Assembly (NCBI GenBank): GCA_963836755.1
Contig: CAWIKF010000002.1
Span: 1,056,001-1,120,000 of the forward strand
Direction: 5' to 3'
From: an uncultured Verrucomicrobiae bacterium
GTDB taxonomy: Bacteria; Verrucomicrobiota; Verrucomicrobiia; Chthoniobacterales; Chthoniobacteraceae
Length of the DNA: 64,000 nt
The notes under the pieces are model-generated. The model did not search any database and was not told the DNA's origin. It was given only the letters and a program-made list of their open reading frames with translations. The translations under genes were made by a program, and so were the position numbers. Shown piece after piece: positions 1 through 7,181 of this stretch (position 1 is the first letter of the stretch; each line of letters starts with the position of its first letter).

Positions 1-366
1 CAATCTTTCGGAGTCGTCGCTGACCAATTTTGCGCGCGCCGTTTGCAGAGGATTGTCGGCGACCAGCTGCGCCGTTTTTGCCAGCACATCGCGGAGCGCG
101 TGCACGGATTGCTCGAAATCATTATGAAACGCCGGCTCCTGCGTGAGCACATATCCGCGCATGCTTCCCTGCGCCTCGAACAAAAGTCGGAATGCGCTTT
201 CCGCCTGCGCGATGACGTCTTTCGTGTGGAATGCCCATCGCTGCGCCTCGCGCAAGTCGCTTTCGCGCTTGAACAAAACGGCGACGAACAAAACTTGGAA
301 CAGCACCGGCAGCGCGATCAAAAGCAGACCGCGCTGGAGAATCGAGCCGCGACGGAAAACCTTCAC
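1..366 (-). CDS. CHASE3-domain sensor protein (probable histidine kinase), N-terminal part; runs off window edge
   Basis: Manual translation from GTG at 366, overlapping the glmS stop: MKVFRRGSILQRGLLLIALPVLFQVLFVAVLF (TM helix), then HTKDVI...FEAQGSMRGYVLTQEPAF...LVADNPLQ, which follows the CHASE3 pattern. Not in the ORF track. Confidence 0.8.
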   Translation of the reverse strand, partial: MKVFRRGSILQRGLLLIALPVLFQVLFVAVLFKRESDLREAQRWAFHTKDVIAQAESAFRLLFEAQGSMRGYVLTQEPAFHNDFEQSVHALRDVLAKTAQLVADNPLQTARAKLVSDDSERL

Positions 367-2216
367 TCCACCGTCACGCTCTTCGCGAGGTTGCGCGGTT
401 TGTCGACGTCGCAACCGAGTTTCACCGCGAAATGATACGCCAGCAGTTGCAGCGGAATTGCCGTCAAAATCGGCGACAAATAATCCGCGCACTTCGGCAC
501 GAAAATTACATCATCCGCGACTTTCGCGAGCTTGTCGCAACCTTGCGTGCCGATCGCGATGATTGGGCCGCGGCGCGCTTTCACTTCTTCAATATTGCTG
601 ACGTTTTTGTCGAAAACCGAATCCTCCGGCGCGATGAACACGCTCGGCAGCTCCGGCGTGATCAACGCGATGACGCCATGCTTCAGCTCCGCGCTCGGAT
701 GGCCGGCGGCGTGAATGTAGCTGATTTCCTTCATCTTCAGCGCGCCTTCCATCGCGATCGGATAGTTGAATTGGCGGCCGAGAAACATCATCGCCTTCGC
801 GTCGGAATATTTATGCGCGATGTTTTTGATGTGCTCATTCAATTCCAAAATCGTTCGAATTTTGTCCGGCAGCGCTTCCAATTCCTCGATGATCCGGATG
901 CCTTCGCTCGTGGAAAGATGCCGGATGCGCCCGAGCAGCAGTGAGATCAAAGTTAAAATAACGACTTGTGAAGTGAACGACTTTGTTGCGGCCACGCCGA
1001 TCTCCGGCCCGGCGTGCATGTAGACGCCGCCGTCATCCTCGCGCGCGATCGTGCTCGCGACGTTGTTGCAAATGCCGAGCGTCCGATGGCCTTTGCGCTG
1101 GCTCTCGCGCAACGCCGCGAGCGTGTCCGCCGTCTCGCCGCTTTGGCTGATGACGAAGACGAGCGTGTCCTTCGTCATCGGCATGTTCCGATAGCGAAAT
1201 TCGCTCGCAAATTCCACTTCGGTCGGGACGTGCGCGAGCGTCTCGATCAAATATTCGCCGACCATCGCCGCGTGACATGCTGTGCCACATCCGGTTAACA
1301 CAATGCGTTCCACCGCGCGCAGCTCCGCGGCCGTCATTTCCAATCCGCCGAGCTTCGCAGTCGCTTCCTCAAATGAAAGTCGGCCACGCATCGCATCACG
1401 CACCGTCTCGGGCTGTTCGAAAATTTCCTTCAGCATGTAGTGCGGATATTCGCCTTTATCCACGTCCTTCTCGGTGAACTCGACCTTGCTCACCTCGTAG
1501 CCGCTCGGTCCGCTGGCGAGCAGCGAAGTGATCTCGAATTGGTCGCGGCCCACGCACGCGATGTCGTAATCATTCAAATAAACGGCGTCGCGCGTGTGCG
1601 CGACGATCGCGCTGACATCGCTCGCGAGAAAGTTTTCAGCGCTGCCCACGCCAAGCACGAGCGGGCTGCCACGCCGCGCGCCGATGATGATTTCCGGCAA
1701 ATCCTCGTGCAACATCACGATGCCGTAAGTGCCGATGACTTGGCGCAGTGCCGCGCGCAATGCATCGATGAGCCGCGCGGCAGAAGGCGCGCCGTTCGCC
1801 GCGTCGTAATGTTTGCCGACCAAGTGCGCGAGCACCTCCGTGTCCGTTTGCGATTTGAAAACATGGCCTTCGCGCGTCAATTCCTCACGGAGCACCTGAT
1901 AATTTTCGATAACGCCGTTATGGACAAGCGCAAGCTTTCCGTTTTGGTCGAGATGCGGATGCGCATTGGCATCGGTCACGCCGCCATGCGTCGCCCAGCG
2001 CGTGTGGCAAATGCCCACGCTCCCGCGCGGCGGCTCCTTTTGCAAAAGTTCCGCGAGCTTGCTGATGCGCCCGATGCACTTCCGCACGAGCAAACCGCCG
2101 CCATTGATCGTCGCCACTCCGGCCGAGTCGTAGCCGCGATATTCGAGCCGGCGCAATCCCTCGAGCAGGATCGGCGCCGCTTCTGTTTTGCCAATGTAGC
2201 CAACGATGCCGCACAT
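363..2216 (-). CDS. glmS: Glutamine--fructose-6-phosphate aminotransferase (isomerizing)
   Basis: MCGIVG N-terminus, HTRWATHG, HNGVIEN, SQSGETAD, C-terminal PRNLAKSVTVE. Confidence 0.99.
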   Translation of the reverse strand: MCGIVGYIGKTEAAPILLEGLRRLEYRGYDSAGVATINGGGLLVRKCIGRISKLAELLQKEPPRGSVGICHTRWATHGGVTDANAHPHLDQNGKLALVHNGVIENYQVLREELTREGHVFKSQTDTEVLAHLVGKHYDAANGAPSAARLIDALRAALRQVIGTYGIVMLHEDLPEIIIGARRGSPLVLGVGSAENFLASDVSAIVAHTRDAVYLNDYDIACVGRDQFEITSLLASGPSGYEVSKVEFTEKDVDKGEYPHYMLKEIFEQPETVRDAMRGRLSFEEATAKLGGLEMTAAELRAVERIVLTGCGTACHAAMVGEYLIETLAHVPTEVEFASEFRYRNMPMTKDTLVFVISQSGETADTLAALRESQRKGHRTLGICNNVASTIAREDDGGVYMHAGPEIGVAATKSFTSQVVILTLISLLLGRIRHLSTSEGIRIIEELEALPDKIRTILELNEHIKNIAHKYSDAKAMMFLGRQFNYPIAMEGALKMKEISYIHAAGHPSAELKHGVIALITPELPSVFIAPEDSVFDKNVSNIEEVKARRGPIIAIGTQGCDKLAKVADDVIFVPKCADYLSPILTAIPLQLLAYHFAVKLGCDVDKPRNLAKSVTVE

Positions 2217-2352
2217 GATGCAGGAAGGTGTCAGACTCGACTCGTCCGCGCAAGTCGCCGCGCCCGCTCGCGATCCGCATGGAGAAAAAGTGCGTGAACT
2301 TTTTTAGCGAGCGACACGTCGCGGCTCCGGGTATTTGTTTTGAACTCTTTGC

Positions 2353-2592
2353 GTGAAGATCAAATTTTTCGCCCAACTCAAATCAGTGACTGGCACCGGC
2401 GAATGCGACCTGCCGGTGCGCGGAACGTTGCACGCCGCGCAATTGTGGGAACTGCTCGTGTCGCAATATCCCGGCTTATCGCAATGGCGTGACGTTACGC
2501 GGGTCGCGAAAAACTTTTCCTACACGGACGAGAAAGCGGAATTTGCCGATACCGATGAAGTCGCTTTGATTCCGCCCGTCTCCGGCGGTTAA
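2353..2592 (+). CDS. moaD: Molybdopterin synthase sulfur carrier subunit
   Basis: 79 aa, KIKFFAQL start, C-terminal IPPVSGG; first gene of the Moco block. Confidence 0.93.
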   Translation: MKIKFFAQLKSVTGTGECDLPVRGTLHAAQLWELLVSQYPGLSQWRDVTRVAKNFSYTDEKAEFADTDEVALIPPVSGG

Positions 2593-2594
2593 AA

Positions 2595-2999
2595 ATGGCT
2601 GCGCGCATCACAATCATTCTCAGCGATCAACCGCTCGCGGAGCCGCCCGCGATTACATGCGGCTGCGGTGGGGTCGTCAATTTTTCCGGCATCGTGCGCG
2701 GCGAGGAAGATGGCAAACCGATTTCCGCGCTCGAGTATGAAGCTTATCATCCGATGGCGGAACGCGAGTTGAGCCGGATCGCGCGCAATCTGATGACGGA
2801 ATTTTCCTGCGACGAAATTTACATCGCTCATCGTTTCGGCATCGTGCCGGTCGGCGAAGCGGCGGTCATCGTGCGCGCCGCCGCGCAGCATCGCGGGCCC
2901 GTACTTTCGTTTGTGACACATTTCATGAACGTTCTAAAAACAGATGTGCCAATCTGGAAAGTGCGCGCGATTACATTGAAAGAGGAATCAAAAATATGA
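2595..2999 (+). CDS. moaE: Molybdopterin synthase catalytic subunit
   Basis: GGVVNFSGIVR, LEYEAYHPMA, HRFGIVPVGE, LKTDVPIWK. Confidence 0.95.
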   Translation: MAARITIILSDQPLAEPPAITCGCGGVVNFSGIVRGEEDGKPISALEYEAYHPMAERELSRIARNLMTEFSCDEIYIAHRFGIVPVGEAAVIVRAAAQHRGPVLSFVTHFMNVLKTDVPIWKVRAITLKEESKI

Positions 3000-4186
3000 T
3001 CTCCGCAGACGAAGCCCGCGCGTTGATTTTGTCCAAAGCTGCGCTCCTCGAAAGCGAGCGCGTCCCACTCGCGGACGCGCTGCATCGCGTGCTGCGAGAG
3101 GATATTTTGGCTGATCAAGATTCGCCGCGCTTCGATTGCTCGGCTATGGACGGTTACGCATTGCGCACAACCGATGCGGAAAATTTGCTGAGCATTGTCG
3201 CAGCAATTCCTGCGGGACATGCCGACGAGGTCACGATCGGCGAAAATGAATGCGCTCGAATATTTACGGGCGGCCGAATTCCGCGCGGCGCGGATCGCGT
3301 CGCGATGCAGGAGGATGTCGAAGAAAAAAATGGCGGCGTTCGAATCGTCGCTCAACGCAAGGAGTTAAACATTCGCGTGCAGGGTGAAAATTGTCGGCGC
3401 GGCGATCGGTTGATAGAAAACAGTCAACGTTTGCGCGCAATCGAACTTGCAATCATGGCTTCATGCGGAGTTACGCAACCACTCGTCACGCGCCGCGCGC
3501 GAGTGGCTCACTTTGCCACTGGAAACGAATTGGTCGATGCCGGCGAAACTCCCACCGGCTCGCAAATCCGCGACTGCAATTCAACTTTGATCCGCGCGCT
3601 GCTGCGCGAACATGGCGCAGAACTGGTGCGTCAAGAACGGATCGGCGATTCGCTGGATGTCTCCCAAGCGGCTCTGCATCAGCTTCGCGAGGAAATCGAT
3701 ATCTTGCTCATCTCAGGCGGTGCTGGCGGCGGCGACCACGATTTTACGCGCTCAATGCTGACTGCCTCCGGCTTCACAATTCATCTGGAAAAAATAAACC
3801 TCCGGCCTGGCAAGCCGCTCATCTTCGCATCGCGCGGCACCCAACTCGCATTCGGTCTGCCGGGAAATCCCGTGTCGCACTGGGCGATTTTTCAACTTTT
3901 CCTCGCACCACTTTTTGCGGCAATGAGCGGCTGCGAGATACCGCGCGTTCGGACGATGCGCGGACGACTTCGGCAAGACTTTGTCTCGCGTGCATCGGAG
4001 CGCGAAACCTGCTGGCCGGCGACTGCGGAATTTGACGCTGGTGAATGGCATCTGCGTCTGCTGCGTTTCATCAGCTCCGGCGATGTCGCCGGGCTGGCCG
4101 GTGCAAATGCGCTCGTCCGAATTGCTCCGAAAGTAGAGCGGATCGCTGAATCCGAAACCGTGGAGTTTTTATGGTGTCAAAGTTGA
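2996..4186 (+). CDS. moeA: Molybdopterin molybdotransferase
   Basis: FDCSAMDGYA, IFTGGRIPRGADRV, TGNEL, RPGKP, FGLPGNPVS. Confidence 0.97.
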   Translation: MISADEARALILSKAALLESERVPLADALHRVLREDILADQDSPRFDCSAMDGYALRTTDAENLLSIVAAIPAGHADEVTIGENECARIFTGGRIPRGADRVAMQEDVEEKNGGVRIVAQRKELNIRVQGENCRRGDRLIENSQRLRAIELAIMASCGVTQPLVTRRARVAHFATGNELVDAGETPTGSQIRDCNSTLIRALLREHGAELVRQERIGDSLDVSQAALHQLREEIDILLISGGAGGGDHDFTRSMLTASGFTIHLEKINLRPGKPLIFASRGTQLAFGLPGNPVSHWAIFQLFLAPLFAAMSGCEIPRVRTMRGRLRQDFVSRASERETCWPATAEFDAGEWHLRLLRFISSGDVAGLAGANALVRIAPKVERIAESETVEFLWCQS

Positions 4187-4662
4187 AAAAAAAGAACGCG
4201 TCTGCGGCAATAACCGGCGTCGAGTTTTCCCATCTCACGCGTTCCGGCGCCGCGCGAATGGTCAATGTCGCCCCGAAGCCGGATCAACTTCGCCGCGCAG
4301 TCGCGAGCGGATTTTTGCGCTGCAAGCGCGAAACGATCTTGCTTTTAAAAAAACGCGCGCTGCCGAAAGGCGACGTTTTGACGGTAGCGAAAATCGCGGG
4401 AATCCAGGCGGCAAAAGGGACGAGCAGCCTCATCCCGCTTTGCCACTCGCTGCCGCTGCACGGAATCGACGTGCAGTTTACGATCGAGAAAGATGGCGTC
4501 CGCATCGAGGCGAGCGCGGAAACGATCGCGAAGACCGGCGTCGAAATGGAAGCACTCACCGCTGTCAGCGTGGCCGCGCTGACGATTTACGACATGTGCA
4601 AGGCCGTGGACAAAACGATGGTCATCGAGTCAGTGCGGCTCGATAGCAAAACGAAAACATGA
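4171..4662 (+). CDS. moaC: Cyclic pyranopterin monophosphate synthase
   Basis: KGDVLTVAKIAGIQAAK, LIPLCH, TGVEMEALTA, IYDMCKAVDK. Confidence 0.97.
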   Translation: MVSKLKKKNASAAITGVEFSHLTRSGAARMVNVAPKPDQLRRAVASGFLRCKRETILLLKKRALPKGDVLTVAKIAGIQAAKGTSSLIPLCHSLPLHGIDVQFTIEKDGVRIEASAETIAKTGVEMEALTAVSVAALTIYDMCKAVDKTMVIESVRLDSKTKT

Positions 4663-5147
4663 AGGTTGCGCGGGTGACCTTGAGCGACCGCGCGGCGGCA
4701 GGAGTCTATGCCGACGCGAGCGGGCCGGAAATTGAGCGAGTGGTGCAGGAACTTTTTGTCGACAAAATCGATTGGCGCCGATGTCTGCTGCCGGACGATC
4801 AAGTGGCGATCGAGAATGCATTGCGCAACTTTGCCGACATTGAAAAATGCGCGCTCATCGTGACAACGGGCGGCACCGGACCGGCCGCGCGCGATGTCAC
4901 TCCGGAGGCGACACGAGCGGTCATCGAACGCGAGCTGCCTGGCTTCGGAGAAGTGATGCGAATGCAGAGCTTTAACAAGGTGAAGACCGCGATTCTTTCA
5001 CGCGCAACTGCTGGAACGCGCGGGAGCACTTTGATCATCAATCTTCCCGGCAGGCCCAGCGCGATTGCAGAATGCCTTCCACTTCTCGCGCCCGCCATTT
5101 GCGAAGCTGTGGAGCATCTGAGCGGCAGGCGCCCGCGGCTCACTTAG
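4659..5147 (+). CDS. mogA: Molybdopterin adenylyltransferase (MogA/MoaB family)
   Basis: TLSDRAAAGVYADASGP, TTGGTGPAARDVTPEAT, LSRATAG, NLPGRP. Confidence 0.92.
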   Translation: MKVARVTLSDRAAAGVYADASGPEIERVVQELFVDKIDWRRCLLPDDQVAIENALRNFADIEKCALIVTTGGTGPAARDVTPEATRAVIERELPGFGEVMRMQSFNKVKTAILSRATAGTRGSTLIINLPGRPSAIAECLPLLAPAICEAVEHLSGRRPRLT

Positions 5148-5183
5148 CTCGTTTAAAAAAATCGCGCGGAAGCTGCTCGCCGG

Positions 5184-6005
5184 TCATTTTCCTTCCAAGC
5201 CAATGGCCTCGAATTCCGCGTGCGCGCCGACCGCAACAAGCGCGACTCCGCCGATGACGTTGCCAATCAAAGTCGGGATCAGATAGCCGCCGAGGCAGTG
5301 CGTGAAAGTCAGCGCGCCGCTCGTCACGAGGTAAAAGGTTTCCACATTTCCTGCGATCACGTGCGGGAGGTTCGCGATTCCGACGACGTAGCCGATGATG
5401 ATGATGACCCAGATTCGAGACGCTTCCGCGAATGGCAGCAGCCAAACCATGAGCGCGATCAGCCAGCCCGCAAGAATCGCGCGCAGAAGAATCGTCCCAG
5501 GTCCGGGCACGATGGAAGCGGCGGCGATCTCGGAAAAAGCACGGTGGATGTCGGCGTCAAACAACGTCGTGTTCGAGAGCAGCCAGGCGAAGATGAAGGC
5601 GCCAACAAGGTTCGCGAGCAGCACCACAGTCCAGAGCCGGCAGACATTGATGAAAAGCGGAAGCTCCTTTTTTTTCAGCAAAGGCAAAATGACCGTGAGC
5701 GTATTTTTTGTGAACAGCTGCTGCCGGCCGAGAATGACAATGAGGAAACCGATGCTGTAACCAAACTTCGCGACGAGGGCCGTCCAATTCGCCTCCGGCA
5801 AATGCGCGCGCAGCAAGCCCTCCGAAACGAGCGAAAACCCCATCGATAATCCGGCGGCCAAACCCGAGAAAGCTAGCGCGCCGCTGTTGCGATTCAGCTC
5901 GTGTTCGCCTTCGCCGTAAATCGCCTGGTAGACGACGTTGCCGGGCGGTGCGGTCAGCTCTGCGATCTCCTCCTCTTTTCTTTCCTCTTCAGATTTCATG
6001 CTCAT
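5184..6005 (-). CDS. Formate/nitrite transporter family protein (YfdC-like)
   Basis: GEHELNR, SGLAAGLSMGFS, GYSIGFLIVILGRQQLFT, AGWLIALMVW, PTLIGNVIGG; about 6 TM helices. Confidence 0.9.
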   Translation of the reverse strand: MSMKSEEERKEEEIAELTAPPGNVVYQAIYGEGEHELNRNSGALAFSGLAAGLSMGFSLVSEGLLRAHLPEANWTALVAKFGYSIGFLIVILGRQQLFTKNTLTVILPLLKKKELPLFINVCRLWTVVLLANLVGAFIFAWLLSNTTLFDADIHRAFSEIAAASIVPGPGTILLRAILAGWLIALMVWLLPFAEASRIWVIIIIGYVVGIANLPHVIAGNVETFYLVTSGALTFTHCLGGYLIPTLIGNVIGGVALVAVGAHAEFEAIGLEGK

Positions 6006-6315
6006 GGCTAGTGTGCTGCAAACCTTGACGTCATGCGGGCTGCCGCGATCTGCCCATGCGCGATGCAGCCGTCATTGGCGGGCACGAGCCGATGCGAGAA
6101 TGAAGCGGAATTCTTCTGCGCGCAGCCGCTGCAGGCACTTCTCGCTGAGTTCGCGAGTTTCTCGAAAATACCCGCCGCTGAGCATCACATTCCGATGCCT
6201 GATTTTGCGCGCCACCGCCACAAAAATCTCCGTAAGCATCGTTGCATTTGCGCGGATTTCTTTTGATTGCAGACGCCGATCGTGGCGCAGGTCGCGAAAA
6301 TACTGTTTACAGAAA

Positions 6316-6333
6316 TTGTAACAACGTTTACAA
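6316..6333. promoter_or_regulatory. Palindrome TTGTAA-N6-TTACAA, candidate transcription-factor operator
   Basis: ttgtaa caacgt ttacaa in an AT-rich patch between the divergent FNT and sulfotransferase genes. Confidence 0.4.
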
Positions 6334-6353
6334 CGAGTGCTGGTCTTTGACCG

Positions 6354-7154
6354 GTGATCAACGTGGCGGGTGCAACAAAAAACATTGTGGTGGTGGGCTA
6401 TCCGAAAAGCGGCTGCACATGGCTTGCGAGGCTGATCGCCGAGTTGCTGGACTGCTCGGTCGGTGGTTTGTGGGATGCCGCGCGAAAGGGATTGCCCGTA
6501 AAAGGCGTTCACCGCGTCTCGGAATTCCGCTGCTTCAAATCGCACGAGCAACTGCATGAGTTGGAACGCACGACTGCGGGAGAGCGGCTCATCTACATTA
6601 TCCGGGACCCGCGCGACATCGCGGTCGCCGGAGCGGATCAACTTCACATCGCGCGATGGGAAAGTTTGATGAAGCCGTTGATCAGAATTCTGGGCGATCA
6701 AAACGCGGCACGCAAATTTTCGCAGCGTTTCTTTTCATCCGAAAAATATCGCCTCCGTCGGATGTGCCGCGCTGTGCTTTACGGTTGCGCGCGGGTTCAC
6801 CTTTTCTGCCGCGTGCCGTGGAAAGCGCATTATCTGCCTTATCACCAAAGAGGCGTTCTCTTTGTGCGATACGAAGACCTTCATGCCTCGCCAATCGAGG
6901 AGTGCGTGCGCATCCTTTCTTTTTTGGAAATGCCGCGAGACTTTGGTGCCATTGAGCAGGCGATCGAGAAGCAGTCGCGCCCGAACCGCAGAAGCCGGTT
7001 CCATGAAAGTGGAGAAGCGCGCGAGGAGAAGTTGCTGGGACGCGGCGCGCCCGGCGAATGGAAGCAGAAGCTCTCGGCATCGCAGAAAAAACTTTTTCTG
7101 CGCGAATTGCCGGAGGAGCTGAGCGGTTTTGGCTACCCGTCGCGAAACCACTAG
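6354..7154 (+). CDS. Sulfotransferase domain protein (Sulfotransfer_1-like)
   Basis: 5'-PSB loop GYPKSGCTW, KSH, IRDPRD, VRYEDL, C-terminal GRGAPGEWK. Confidence 0.85.
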   Translation: MINVAGATKNIVVVGYPKSGCTWLARLIAELLDCSVGGLWDAARKGLPVKGVHRVSEFRCFKSHEQLHELERTTAGERLIYIIRDPRDIAVAGADQLHIARWESLMKPLIRILGDQNAARKFSQRFFSSEKYRLRRMCRAVLYGCARVHLFCRVPWKAHYLPYHQRGVLFVRYEDLHASPIEECVRILSFLEMPRDFGAIEQAIEKQSRPNRRSRFHESGEAREEKLLGRGAPGEWKQKLSASQKKLFLRELPEELSGFGYPSRNH

Positions 7155-7156
7155 CC

Positions 7157-7181
7157 GCGGACGGTTTGCTCGCGCGTCCGC
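7157..7181. terminator. GC-rich hairpin between convergent genes (possible terminator)
   Basis: gcggacg / cgtccgc 7-bp stem with an 11-nt loop; no U tract. Confidence 0.25.

Noticed and set aside
2217..2352. glmS ribozyme or Moco riboswitch in the glmS/moaD gap
   Set aside because: Only an isolated GACGAG on the minus strand; the conserved cores and helices are not evident, and the gap must hold two promoters.
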